From NCBI GenBank assembly GCA_965217095.1, contig OZ244235.1, forward strand, positions 3,829,319-3,893,318: a stretch of DNA of 64,000 nucleotides. The letters are read 5' to 3'. Each line of letters starts with the position of its first letter. Position 1 is the stretch's first letter. A program made the position numbers and the translations under genes. This document shows positions 1-9,892 of this stretch, in pieces. The notes beneath the pieces are model-generated. The model was not told the origin of the DNA. It searched no databases and saw only the letters and a program-made list of their open reading frames with translations. The stretch comes from Candidatus Latescibacterota bacterium (GTDB taxonomy: Bacteria > Latescibacterota > UBA2968 > UBA8231).

Positions 1-323
1 CAACGGCAGTCCATGTGCGCCAGGTCGGCGAACAATTCTTCCCGCGATTGATCGTTTACGTTCTTGTGATGGCGTGTGTGGTTGCCTATCTCAAAGCCTT
101 CCTCATGGAGTTTCTGTACCTCCTCCCACGTCATGTAATGTTTCTTGTTCTTGAGGAAGTTCAAGCCTTCGGTGATGAAAAACGTCGCTTTGAAGCCATA
201 GTCCTTTAGCAGCGGTGCCACAAAAGTTACGTCCGGCTTGTTGCCGTCGTCGAAGGTCAGGACCACAAGCTTGTCCGGGATGGGCTGAACCCCAAGCGCA
301 TCCTGGTTAACGCGATTTTTCAT
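1..323 (-). CDS. polysaccharide deacetylase (CE4/NodB), partial, runs off window edge
   Basis: Manual translation from ATG 323: MKNRVNQ...VVLTFDDG...ATFFITEG...YMTWEEV...FEIGNHTRHH; TFDDG and GNHT.H are CE4 motifs. Confidence 0.85.
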   Translation of the reverse strand, partial: MKNRVNQDALGVQPIPDKLVVLTFDDGNKPDVTFVAPLLKDYGFKATFFITEGLNFLKNKKHYMTWEEVQKLHEEGFEIGNHTRHHKNVNDQSREELFADLAHMDCR

Positions 324-372
324 GATCGTATCATCGAGCTGGCTTTTTGTCTTTCGCAGCCACCTAGGTGGA

Positions 373-387
373 ATATACTATGTATAT
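373..387. promoter_or_regulatory. palindromic operator upstream of MazE-like remnant
   Basis: ATATAC-TAT-GTATAT inverted repeat about 20 nt before AGGAG-ATG(407). Confidence 0.55.
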
Positions 388-406
388 CCATGAAAGTAGA
401 AGGAGC

Positions 407-500
407 ATGATAACCAAGGTGCAGAAATGGGGAATAGTCAGGACTGCGGCTTCCCAAGGGTATTCTCGAAGAAGCCCACATAGAGGTGGGAGAAGGTGGA
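407..500 (+). pseudogene. AbrB/MazE-type antitoxin remnant
   Basis: Restoring two single-base homopolymer deletions gives MITKVQKWGNSQGLRLPKGILEEAHIEVGE (KWGNS.G.R.PK signature); truncated, no toxin follows. Confidence 0.75.
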
Positions 501-555
501 CGATGCCCGGCCGCACACTCGCACCGCAGACTGTTTCGGGAAAGGGGTGAATTCC

Positions 556-1410
556 ATGCCAGGTCAGACTCTCACCATCGACGTGCAAGTCCACGCGTAC
601 GAACGGGATCGCCCCGAGCGCCCCTGGAGCGGATCCCTCGCTGGTCCGGAGGAAGTCACCGGCGACGACATGGTCGCGGCAATGGACGCGGTCGGCGTCG
701 ATGGGGCCATTCTGGTGTCGCCGTTCAGCATGTACCGGTACGACGCCAGCTACGCACTCGAGGTCTACGCAAAACACCCGAGCCGCTTTGGCCTGGTCAA
801 GCCCTTCGATCCCGACGCGGAAACGGTCGCCGACGAGATCGCAGAATGGGCAGAGAAGCCCGGTGTCATCGGAGCCCGCCTCATGCTCGCAGCTGGATCA
901 CTCGAAGCGGACGACTCCGGTGTTCATCGAATTCTCACTGCCTGTGCGACCGCCGGTATTCCGTTGAACGTCCTCGCTTCGGGGAAGCTGCCGCTGCTGC
1001 TGGAGCTGGCTCGCCGCCATCCCGACACGCGGATCGTGGTCGATCACCTGGGTCTCCACCAGCCATTCGACCCGCCGGTGCCTCCCGACCCGTTTTCCGA
1101 TCTGGCCAACGTGCTGGCGCTCGCCGAATGCGACAACGTGGCCATCAAGGTTTCCGGCGCCTGCACGCTGTCGCACGACTCCTTCCCCTACACCGACATC
1201 TGGGATCCCCTGCAGCGGATATTCGAGGCGTTCGGGTTCGACCGCTGCATGTGGGGTACGGACTGGACCCGAGCGGTGAACCTGTTGACCTATGAGCAGG
1301 GCGTCGAGGCGTTTCGGGTGACCGGGCAGCTGTCTGAATCGGAGCGCTCCGCCCTCATGGGCGAAAGCCTGGCGAGGATCTACGACTGGTCCCCCGCGAC
1401 AGGAGGATAG
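556..1410 (+). CDS. amidohydrolase family 2 (lactonase-like)
   Basis: ID.QVH, VVDHLG, CMWGTDW motifs; SD-like AAAGGGG before ATG 556. Confidence 0.85.
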   Translation: MPGQTLTIDVQVHAYERDRPERPWSGSLAGPEEVTGDDMVAAMDAVGVDGAILVSPFSMYRYDASYALEVYAKHPSRFGLVKPFDPDAETVADEIAEWAEKPGVIGARLMLAAGSLEADDSGVHRILTACATAGIPLNVLASGKLPLLLELARRHPDTRIVVDHLGLHQPFDPPVPPDPFSDLANVLALAECDNVAIKVSGACTLSHDSFPYTDIWDPLQRIFEAFGFDRCMWGTDWTRAVNLLTYEQGVEAFRVTGQLSESERSALMGESLARIYDWSPATGG

Positions 1411-1457
1411 ACTAACCGAAAGTACTATGGCTGAAACAGGAAACGCACGACTACAAG

Positions 1458-2294
1458 ATGCTCATCGTTGACGCGCATCCGCACATCTACTCACCAGACA
1501 GGGTGAAGTACCCGACGATTCCCGAGCCGTGGGATCCCGGAGAGCCGGCCGCGGTCGAGGACCTGAAACGCCGGATGGACGACGCTGGCGTTGCACGGGC
1601 AGTGTTTATCCAGACCGGCACCTTCTACGCCCACGACAACCGCTACGTCATGGACTCGGCAAGCGCCCATCGGGAATGGGCCACCGGTGTCGTCACGCTG
1701 AGTCCCGATGACCCTTCGCAGCTGGACGTGCTGGAGGACGCCGTTGCCAACTACGGCATTCGCGGCCTGCGCGGATCAGCAGATGCGATCGGGCGTATTT
1801 CCTCTCCGGGCGTTTATCGGCTGTGGACAAAAGCGCGTGACCTGGGAATTGTCGTCAACTGCATGGTCCTGGACGATCTCGACCGTGTGCCCGAAATCGA
1901 GAAGATCGCTGCGGATCTGGACGACCTGCTCATCGTCATCGACCACTGCTTCATGCTGAACACGCGCCACAACACCGAGCCGACCCTCGCCGCGTTGAAA
2001 CGCCTGTCCGCCCGGCCGAACATCTACGCCAAGCTGACATCCGGCACTCACGGCTCGTATCGCGTCTATCCACATCCGGACATGCACGAGCCATTGAAGC
2101 GCGTCATCGAACATTTCGGTCCTGATCGATGCGTGTGGGGCTCCAATTTTCCCAACGCCCTGTGGTCCAAAGGCACCAGTTACGAACAGAACCTGACGTT
2201 GTTCACGGAGGAATTGGGCCTCTCGAAGGAAGAGCAGAACGCCATCCTCAGCGCCACCGCGTTGCGACTGTGGTTTCCGGAAGAGTCAGCGTAG
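1458..2294 (+). CDS. amidohydrolase family 2
   Basis: DAHPH, IDHC, RCVWGSNFP motifs. Confidence 0.85.
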   Translation: MLIVDAHPHIYSPDRVKYPTIPEPWDPGEPAAVEDLKRRMDDAGVARAVFIQTGTFYAHDNRYVMDSASAHREWATGVVTLSPDDPSQLDVLEDAVANYGIRGLRGSADAIGRISSPGVYRLWTKARDLGIVVNCMVLDDLDRVPEIEKIAADLDDLLIVIDHCFMLNTRHNTEPTLAALKRLSARPNIYAKLTSGTHGSYRVYPHPDMHEPLKRVIEHFGPDRCVWGSNFPNALWSKGTSYEQNLTLFTEELGLSKEEQNAILSATALRLWFPEESA

Positions 2295-2297
2295 CCA

Positions 2298-2366
2298 CAG
2301 GGCATCGAGAACCTCGCCTCCGACTGGCTCCACACCAAGGCCGGCCTCAAGCCGATCCGCACGGAA
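2298..2366 (+). repeat. deleted copy of the GNAT remnant at 5245-5389
   Basis: 2305-2366 matches 5328-5389 (57/62 identical); preceded by CAGGGCATCG, which also occurs at 5245-5254. Confidence 0.85.
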
Positions 2367-2413
2367 CCCTCCGCCTGTCGACGCTAGCGTCATGGTAAAC
2401 ACAAAGGAGAGTC

Positions 2414-3433
2414 ATGGATATTCTCGAACGATATGTGGCTATCGATAACAAATGTGCTTGGCCGAACCTTACGCTCATGCCGGACGGCAGCATCCTTGCA
2501 GCCGTCTTCGGCGAGCCCTGTCATCTGTCGTGGGAAGGAGCAGGGGAATGCTGGCGCAGCCGAGACGGTGGCAAAACCTGGTCGTTCGTGAGCGTGCCCG
2601 TCCCCAATCAACCGCTCACAAACCGCGGCAATATGGCCGCAGGGCTGACACCGAGCGGCGCGTATGTAGTACTGTGCGGTGGCTGGAGCAACGTCTGTCC
2701 AAAGGGAGAGCGGCCGTCGATGCCGATACCCCCGGGCGTCCGCAGCATAATGCCGCCCATCGTCGCCCGATCCGAGGACGGCGGCAACAGCTGGACCCAC
2801 GAAAGCCTCGAGTTTGCCCCGGAAACCAAAAATCTCTTCGCCTACGGCGATATCGTGACGCTACCTGGAAACCGTCTCGCTGCCGCATGTTACGTGCAAG
2901 GTGAAAACGGCAGCACTGCGTGGATCTACTTCAGCGACGATGACGGGCGAACATGGGAAGATGCCCGTGTGGTCGGCAACGACAGGTACAATGAGACGGC
3001 GCTGCTATCCCTTGGCGAAGGCAGGCTTCTTGCCGCCAGTCGTACCGAGATTACGGCAGAAACCGAGATCTTTGCCTCCGATGACGGTGGTCAATCTTGG
3101 ACCTGTCGCGGTGCGGTGACACCGTCGAGGCACATGCCCGCACATCTCACCCAGTTGCAGGACGCGTCGATCCTGCTCACCTATGGGGTGCGCCTGCGGG
3201 GTATGCTTGGAGTTTACGCCAGCATCAGTCTCGACGAGGGCATCACCTGGGACGATCCGCGGGTGTTATTCAATACTGCCGCTTACCAGTCCGACTCGAG
3301 CTCCAGGGGGACGGACGGCGGTTATCCCTCGAGCGTGCAGTTGGCAGACGGCAGGATCCTCACCGCCTACTATTGCCAACGGATCTCCATGCATCAACGT
3401 TATCACATGGGAGTCGTACTCTGGCGAGATTGA
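2414..3433 (+). CDS. BNR/Asp-box sialidase-fold protein
   Basis: Multiple S.D.G.TW Asp boxes; GGYPSSVQL near C-terminus. Confidence 0.85.
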   Translation: MDILERYVAIDNKCAWPNLTLMPDGSILAAVFGEPCHLSWEGAGECWRSRDGGKTWSFVSVPVPNQPLTNRGNMAAGLTPSGAYVVLCGGWSNVCPKGERPSMPIPPGVRSIMPPIVARSEDGGNSWTHESLEFAPETKNLFAYGDIVTLPGNRLAAACYVQGENGSTAWIYFSDDDGRTWEDARVVGNDRYNETALLSLGEGRLLAASRTEITAETEIFASDDGGQSWTCRGAVTPSRHMPAHLTQLQDASILLTYGVRLRGMLGVYASISLDEGITWDDPRVLFNTAAYQSDSSSRGTDGGYPSSVQLADGRILTAYYCQRISMHQRYHMGVVLWRD

Positions 3434-3529
3434 GATCACTGCTCGCCCCCGCGCGGACATTCGGGCGGGCGTCATCGCCGCGGAGACCTCATGGCCCCCC
3501 GGGGCCGCCGCCCGGTCCAGCTCGCCGTT

Positions 3530-5060
3530 TCAGCTGGCCGCGCAGCGCCTCTCCCACTTGTAGTACATCACTGCCATTTCCCTGACCCGGTCCGGGTACT
3601 GATCGGCTAGGTTGTTCTCTTCGGTCCGGTCGGCATCCATATCGTACAACTCCCACAGCCCATCCGGGTCCGGCTCCCGATTCGCTGGTGGCTTGTTCGC
3701 CTCATCCCGGCGCCAAGGGTTGTACGGCACCCAGTAGTCGGGGGATACGAGTTTCCACTTGCCCGCTCTGACGGCGCGCCAGAGGCCATCCTGGTTCCAG
3801 AAGAGCGCCTCGTGACCCTCGCGCTGCTCACCCTTGAAGACCGGCAGCAGGCTTTTTCCCTCCAGAGACGCGACCTCGCGACCGTTGTGGGTGGATGGGT
3901 AATCAGCCCCGGTAACATCCGCACACGTGGCCATCACATCGATGAGGTGACCCATCTGGTGCGTGATCGCACCCCGCTGAGGAATCACCCGCGGCCAGTA
4001 GGCGATCAGCGGCGTGGCGATGCCGCCTTCGTGGTTCCAGCGTTTGAATTTGCGGAACGGCGTGTTGCTGAGATTGCCCCAGGGCAGGTTCGCCGAATGG
4101 TACGAATCCACCGTTCCGGGCGGGATGTCGGGCGTGCTCGTCCTGTCTTCATCGCTGGCGCCATTGTCTGACAAGACCAGCACGAGCGTGTTCTTTTCTT
4201 CTCCGAGCTCGCGGATCTTGGCCATGAGACGGCCGATGTTCTGATCGAGGCTGTCCACCATGGCCGCGTAGACGGCCATTTTCAAATCCCAAGCATCTTT
4301 GTCCTCGATCTCATCCCACGGCAACGCGTCTGGATCGCGCGCCGACAGCGCCCAGCGCTCCTCGATCAAGCCCATTTCGACCATTCGCTCCGTGGTCCCA
4401 GCCGACCTTGTATCTGCCCTGGTATTTGGCGATGTCCCGCGGCCGGGCGTGGAGCGGCCAGTGAGGAGCGGTGTACGCCATGTAGAGGAAAAAGGGATCC
4501 TCCCCCGGGCCGTATTCGTCCAGGTATTCGAGAGCGCGATCGGTAAAAGCGTCGGTGGTATAGTAGTCGGGGTCTTCGGGGGTATAAGGCTGGATGAGCT
4601 GGTCGTCGATGGCGAAGACCTCGTAGCCGTGTGCGGGCGTTTTTCTCGCGGGTTCCGGCTCGCCGGGCCGTCGCAAGCCCGGGTTGAAATAATTGCAGCC
4701 TCCTCCGGTGGGTCCGTAGTTGCGATCGAAACCGCGTTCGAAGGGTAATCCCCCGAGCTCCATCTGTAAGTGCCACTTCCCCGTCATCAGGGTGTGGTAG
4801 CCGGCCGTCTTGAGCATCTCGGCCATCGTTACGTGGCCCATGGATCTCTCTGCACCCTCGACCTGCTGGGAATACAACCCGGTCAGCAGCGAAGCTCTCG
4901 TAGCGCAACAAACGGCGTTGTTATAGAAGTTGGTGAAGCGCAAGCCGTTCGCGGCCAGCCGATCCACGTTCGGGGTGGCAATCTCGCCGCCGTAGCAACC
5001 CAGATCGGAATAACCCATGTCATCGGCGACGATGAGGACGATATTCGGTCTCGAGTCCAT
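3530..5060 (-). pseudogene. arylsulfatase, frameshifted by a small deletion near 4390
   Basis: N-half (PNIVLIVADDMG, CCATRASLLTG, GKWHL) and C-half (SDNG, HEGGIATP) in different frames; colinear with paralog 11390-12904. Confidence 0.85.
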
Positions 5061-5229
5061 TACCCTGATTCTTCTTTAACCGCGGTTTCTGGCGCCAGCT
5101 GCTTAATCCGACAGCCGGCCAGGGCCGGTGCCCGATACAATACTGGATTGACCATGCTCGAACAAGCATCTGCTTTCGCGTACCTTTCTGCGTTCGTCAT
5201 CTTGCGGAGACCAACAACATCGCCTTGAG

Positions 5230-5437
5230 TGTTTCCCATCGCCGCAGGGCATCGGCACCGAGATCCTTGAGCATGTGGAAGCGCTGGCAAGGGAACACGG
5301 CGCCGATTGTTGCGCTCCGATACAGCGTCGAGAACCTCGCCTCGGACCGGCTCCACACCAAGGCCGGCTTCAAACCGATCCGCACCGAATACCTGAAGGT
5401 GCTGAAACCTTACCCAGGAGAGAGCCACCCATGCTGA
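5230..5437 (+). pseudogene. GNAT acetyltransferase remnant
   Basis: Across frameshifts reads HRRRGIGTEILEHVEALAREHGA...VENLASDRLHTKAGF (motif A and B). Confidence 0.7.
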
Positions 5438-5817
5438 AACGCATCCACCACATCGAACTAATCGTTCTGGACCTGGAACGCCAGGTTGACCTTTTCAAAC
5501 AGCTCGGTTTCGAGGAGCTGCGCCGCACGGACCACCACCAGGTGTCCGTCGAGATGAAACTGCCCGACGAGGCGATCATCTGGGAGCTGCACGAGCTCGA
5601 AAAGAACGAGGTCATCGGGCTCAACCACATCGGTTTTGAAGTGGATGACGCGCCGGCTGCATTCGAAGAGTTCAGCGCCAGGGGTGTGAAGTTCCAGAAT
5701 ACGCCATACCATCACGACGTTCCGGACATCGACGGCAAGACCTGGACCGTCGCCGACTTCCGCGATGCCAGCGGTTTCCGCTACCACATTCTCGATACGA
5801 AGGGTAGCGAGAAATAG
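5431..5817 (+). CDS. VOC/glyoxalase family protein
   Basis: RIHHIELIV...LNHIGFEVDD...FRDASG. Confidence 0.85.
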   Translation: MLKRIHHIELIVLDLERQVDLFKQLGFEELRRTDHHQVSVEMKLPDEAIIWELHELEKNEVIGLNHIGFEVDDAPAAFEEFSARGVKFQNTPYHHDVPDIDGKTWTVADFRDASGFRYHILDTKGSEK

Positions 5818-6630
5818 TCACTCGAACGGACTTCTTTTCAGTCCACGGTTGTGCGGGTCCTCGCCGCGGACAAGATAGTACTCACGATCGAATTTGCTCT
5901 TGTCCCGATAGCTGGTGTAGTGGCGCGACTCCATCCCGTCCGCTTCGGCGCGCATGAAGTGCATGGTCATGGCCCGCCGCCATTGGTCGGACGAATTGGG
6001 CGTCGACCGGTGGGGTGAACAGGAATTGTGTGCCGCCGCCTGTCCGGCCTTGAACCGGTACCGGACCTCCCGCTCATCGGCATCCGGCGGCAGGGCGTCC
6101 GCATCGATGGCGAGCCCGAAGAAATCTCCCATATCCGAATGCGGCCGGAGACCCTGCGTGTGTTCTCCCGGTAGGACAGACATGGCGCCATTGGTCTCGT
6201 CGACGTCGTCGAAGGCGATCCACATATTGGCAACCGGGGCAAAGACCTTTTGCTGGTCCCAATACACCTGGTCCTGGTGCCACGGGATATGGCGACCGGT
6301 CCTGGGTTCCTTGATCAGCAGATCGGCATGCCACAGGACGAGATTCGGCCCCAGCCGGCGTTCCGCATAGTCCAGCACCTTCGGATCGCTGGCGATCTCC
6401 CACATCCATTCTTCTCCAAGCTGGTGCGGCGACATCATCTCGGTGCCGCCCAGTCCCTCCGCCAACTCGGAGTACATGCGGTCGGCGTGGGACCGTGCTT
6501 CGGCGGCAGCTTCGTCGGTCAGGAAACGGTCGAAGATGAAGTAGCCCTCGCGCTCGAAGAATTCGTGCTCTTCCGCGCCGTACCGGAAATCGTCGTGAAT
6601 GATCTGCGTTGCTTTCATGCGGTGTGTCAT
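5818..6630 (-). CDS. phytanoyl-CoA dioxygenase (PhyH) family
   Basis: PWHQD, WIAFDD...NGAM..LPG.H, HRSTPN. Confidence 0.9.
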   Translation of the reverse strand: MTHRMKATQIIHDDFRYGAEEHEFFEREGYFIFDRFLTDEAAAEARSHADRMYSELAEGLGGTEMMSPHQLGEEWMWEIASDPKVLDYAERRLGPNLVLWHADLLIKEPRTGRHIPWHQDQVYWDQQKVFAPVANMWIAFDDVDETNGAMSVLPGEHTQGLRPHSDMGDFFGLAIDADALPPDADEREVRYRFKAGQAAAHNSCSPHRSTPNSSDQWRRAMTMHFMRAEADGMESRHYTSYRDKSKFDREYYLVRGEDPHNRGLKRSPFE

Positions 6631-6710
6631 GAGATCGTTTCCGTTTTGTTGGCCGCAGCAATGATCTGCGCGTGGATCCCTCAGATTGGAATAAGCCATC
6701 ACACCCAAAA

Positions 6711-7268
6711 TCAGTAGCCGCCGCCGTTTAGGTCGATCCGACCCTCGGGCCACGGGAACTCCGCCGGGTATATCATCACCTCTCCTACCCACCACGGATT
6801 TGCCTGGGGATCCTCCTCATTCTTTGAGTTCACGAATTCGTTGTCGACGATTCTCCCACCCAGTTTTTCATAAAAACCAGGTACCGGTGTTTGAAACACG
6901 GAAACCGGCCACTCCCCCTCGTCGACACGCCCGAATGCCGGGCGCATCACCCGGGCACCCAACCCCTCGCCGCGTCGGCTCTCAGCGACACAAACGGCAC
7001 CAAGCCCCATCTGTTTCAACGAGCCTCCAGTCGTGAAGATCTCGCGTTCGAAGGTGAGTGCGTGGGCGACGGCCTGGTCATCCTCCCACAGGACAAAACG
7101 TTTGCTATTCGAATCCGCGGCTTCGTCTACGCGGGCGCGGTCCATGCACTCGGCTGCAATTTCATCTACGGTCTTGTCCTTGCTTGGCCAGACGCTCTCG
7201 GTGAGACTGACGATGGACCGCACCTGACTTGCGGTCAGCTCTTTTTCGGTGTGTTCCGACAGCATCAT
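6711..7268 (-). CDS. GNAT N-acetyltransferase
   Basis: GAVCVAESRRGEGLG, FYEKLGG. Confidence 0.85.
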   Translation of the reverse strand: MMLSEHTEKELTASQVRSIVSLTESVWPSKDKTVDEIAAECMDRARVDEAADSNSKRFVLWEDDQAVAHALTFEREIFTTGGSLKQMGLGAVCVAESRRGEGLGARVMRPAFGRVDEGEWPVSVFQTPVPGFYEKLGGRIVDNEFVNSKNEEDPQANPWWVGEVMIYPAEFPWPEGRIDLNGGGY

Positions 7269-7304
7269 TGGATCAGTCGTCGGGATAGTTGGTGCATTTG
7301 GCGG

Positions 7305-7529
7305 TCAGGCGGCCGTCGATGAGCAGTTGAGGGCCTTGCCCAGAATGCGCTCGCTGGAGCGATAGCCCTGCGCCGTGTCGATCAAGGTGATACCCCGTTC
7401 GAAGGCGGTATGAACGGCGCGGATCGCCGTAGCTTTGTCGACCTCACCCATGCCGCCGGCTATGGGCCACGCCCCGAAGCCCAGCGCTGACACCTCGGGG
7501 CCGCTCTTACACAGCTGCCGCAGCTGCAC
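7305..7529 (-). pseudogene. aldo/keto reductase, N-terminal fragment
   Basis: VSALGFGAW...IDTAQGY.SSERILGKAL, then abrupt stop after about 70 aa. Confidence 0.85.
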
Positions 7530-7541
7530 GTGGAGCCTTTC

Positions 7542-7925
7542 TTAGTCGGCGAAGGTCCCGTCTTTGCGGCGGTGCAGCCAGACCGTATTGCCGTCAGGAT
7601 CCGAGACACAGGCGAAGTGGCAGACGGGCGATTCGTTGAGGGGCGCAACCACCGGAACCCCTTTGGCCTCGAGCTCTTTCATCGCGTCTTCCAGGTCGTC
7701 CACGGAGAAGGCCACCGCAGCGCCGCCCGATTGGGCTTTGAGATTCGGGTCGAAAACCGTGGGATCGTTGATCGCGAATGTGGCGTTGCCGGCGCTGAAC
7801 TCAGCCCACTTCATTTCCTCGTAGTAACCATGCATCTCCAGACCCAGGATGTCCCGGTAGAACTCGATCGATTTTTCGATATCGCTGGTCTGGTAATAGA
7901 CGAAGTCGGTTCCGCGGATCTTCAT
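7542..7925 (-). CDS. VOC/glyoxalase family protein
   Basis: SIEFYRDILGL...DPDGN. Confidence 0.9.
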   Translation of the reverse strand: MKIRGTDFVYYQTSDIEKSIEFYRDILGLEMHGYYEEMKWAEFSAGNATFAINDPTVFDPNLKAQSGGAAVAFSVDDLEDAMKELEAKGVPVVAPLNESPVCHFACVSDPDGNTVWLHRRKDGTFAD

Positions 7926-7956
7926 GGTTTTCCTCCTGTCAGTTTAGTCTCTGCTG

Positions 7957-8265
7957 TCATGCAGCGTGTGGGCGAACTTCCTTTTCCAACCGTTGTGCCA
8001 AATTGTTCTTGGCTTTCAGCAGGTCATAGCGGGCCTGCAGGTTCAGCCAAAACTGCGCCTCCATTCCGAAGAAGCGGCCCAGCCGAAGAGCCGTGTCCGC
8101 GGTAATTGCCCGCTTTCCGTGAACAATCTCCCCTATGCGGCGCTGGGGTACGCTGATATCCTTCGCCAGGCGATACTGTGAAATCTCCATAGGTTTCAAG
8201 AACTCCTCGAGTAAAATCTCACCGGGATGTATAGGGCCGAAATCTCTCTTGCTCATAGCAGTCAC
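7957..8265 (-). CDS. higA: HigA/VapI antitoxin (XRE HTH)
   Basis: PIHPGEILLEEFL...ITADTALRL...FWLNLQ. Confidence 0.92.
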   Translation of the reverse strand: MTAMSKRDFGPIHPGEILLEEFLKPMEISQYRLAKDISVPQRRIGEIVHGKRAITADTALRLGRFFGMEAQFWLNLQARYDLLKAKNNLAQRLEKEVRPHAA

Positions 8266-8550
8266 CTAGGAATGGTAGTCGACGATCTCCACATCGAATA
8301 CGTCACCGTTGCGCCAAACGAAACAGATTCGCCACTGGTCATTGATTCGGATACTGTACTGGCCTGCGCGATCACCCTTCAGTTTCTCGAGTCGGTTTGA
8401 TGGCGGAATCCGAAGGGAATTGATCTGCGAAGCGGCGGAAATCATTTCAAGCTTCCTGGCGGCGATGCGCTGAATATCTCTGGGAAGGCGCCGTGAGTAC
8501 GTTCCTTGAAATATTCTCTCTGCTTCGCGTGCCTTGAATGACCTGATCAC
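8266..8550 (-). CDS. higB: HigB (RelE/ParE-fold) toxin
   Basis: PPSNRLEKLKGDRAGQYSIRINDQWRICF...VEIVDYH; toxin-first order. Confidence 0.92.
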   Translation of the reverse strand: MIRSFKAREAERIFQGTYSRRLPRDIQRIAARKLEMISAASQINSLRIPPSNRLEKLKGDRAGQYSIRINDQWRICFVWRNGDVFDVEIVDYHS

Positions 8551-8556
8551 AGAGTG

Positions 8557-8585
8557 ATACTAACGTAGCTCGATAGTATTGTCAA
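8557..8585 (-). promoter_or_regulatory. sigma70 promoter and overlapping operator of higBA
   Basis: TTGACA-17-TAGTAT on minus strand, 6 nt before GTG start; imperfect palindrome ATACTAACG/CGATAGTAT at 8557-8579. Confidence 0.75.
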
Positions 8586-8686
8586 ACGATAGTATGTTTC
8601 CAGCCAGCGACTTCGCGCCGGTTGACCTCCCCATTCGAGTGTGCTTTCGACACGAAGTCGCAGGTAGGTATGGGTGACCGCTACTC

Positions 8687-8984
8687 CTACCAGGAAATCG
8701 CCACCATGACCCCATCTCCATCGTAGGAGGGATTCATAGGATGGCCGAACCCCTTTCCGTTGGAATAGTGGACATGGCGATAGGCGACGACGAGGTTGAG
8801 CCGCGCCGAGATCTGCATGTCGACTCCGAACCCGTACCTCGGGCTGAAATTCCAAACTGTTCCACGCGGCGGAAACTCCTCCGTTGTGAACAGGTTTCGG
8901 AACCTGCTCGGCAGCTCTGGAGGGAGACGAGAGTAGAAGGAGCCCCAGGGCGATCAGCGTCAGCGGCATCCGCTTGCTACTCAC
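8687..8984 (-). pseudogene. PagL-like acyloxyacyl hydrolase (lipid A deacylase), internally deleted
   Basis: Signal peptide (MPLTLIALGLLLL..SRA) joined out of frame to FPPRGTVWNFSPRYGFG...YRHVHYSNG...NPSYDG...ISW*. Confidence 0.65.
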
Positions 8985-8988
8985 CTTG

Positions 8989-9483
8989 TCACAACCACCG
9001 TCGTACTCGGGCACAAAACTCTTCGTATTCACTCCCAAAAGCTGCTGAGAGGTAGCGCTCCTCACGGCGAACTACGAGGAGGGATAGCAAGGTTATCACG
9101 ACCGGGAAGAAGACCACGGGCCAGATAGTGTTGACCAGGACGGAGACGCCAAGATAGAGCGCGGAAAGGGCAAGATACATCGGGTTTCGGCTGATTCGGT
9201 ATGGGCCCCAGGTGACCAGACACGTCGCCGGGTGGTGAGGGATGATCGCCGTACGTTGTCGCCTGAAGGTAACGATCGCCCAGCCAGAGAGACCGCCCCA
9301 GACTCCGATCAGAAGCCATCCGACGATGACGCCGAAAACCCTCCACTGAGCATCAACCAGGTGCAGCGGTAGCCACTGGTGAAGCAGGATCCCTGCACCC
9401 AAGGGGAGCACGAAGAGCAGAGGCGGTGGAAAGCGCACCCCAGGGTGACGCGAAGAGTCGTCATCTTTTGGCAACTCATTCAT
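8989..9483 (-). CDS. isoprenylcysteine carboxyl methyltransferase family membrane protein
   Basis: LVTWGPYRISRNPMY...REERYL...FG.EY. Confidence 0.9.
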   Translation of the reverse strand: MNELPKDDDSSRHPGVRFPPPLLFVLPLGAGILLHQWLPLHLVDAQWRVFGVIVGWLLIGVWGGLSGWAIVTFRRQRTAIIPHHPATCLVTWGPYRISRNPMYLALSALYLGVSVLVNTIWPVVFFPVVITLLSLLVVRREERYLSAAFGSEYEEFCARVRRWL

Positions 9484-9532
9484 GCACGCTGCCTCTCACC
9501 AGGATGCCACGGCCGCATCGCGCTCCAGCCTT

Positions 9533-9892
9533 CTACCTCCACTTCTCGAGAATGAAATCCCAGCCGAAACCGTAGGTTCGTTTCTCGTCGAGCAGTAGCG
9601 CCATCTCCGGAAACTTGATGATTCGCCAGCCGTCCTCGATCGCGTCCGCGACCGATTTGTAGGGCCAGTCCTCTTCACCGGGTGGATCGTGAAATTCACC
9701 CTCCTCGAACAGGCTCATGCCGATCACATCACTGGTGAGCGACGCTCGCCGGACCTGCAGATAGAGGATGCTCTGGCGTTTCGAGGTGTCGTCGGCCAGC
9801 TCTTCGATTCGCCGCAGATTTTCCTCGGTCAGCGAACCCTGCTTGAACGCCTCGATACAGAACTGGACCTGTTGTTGAATCGGATTTGCCAT
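9533..9892 (-). CDS. hypothetical protein coupled to PhyH gene
   Basis: Start overlaps upstream PhyH stop; WPYKSVADAIEDGWRIIKFP segment looks protein-like. Confidence 0.7.
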   Translation of the reverse strand: MANPIQQQVQFCIEAFKQGSLTEENLRRIEELADDTSKRQSILYLQVRRASLTSDVIGMSLFEEGEFHDPPGEEDWPYKSVADAIEDGWRIIKFPEMALLLDEKRTYGFGWDFILEKWR

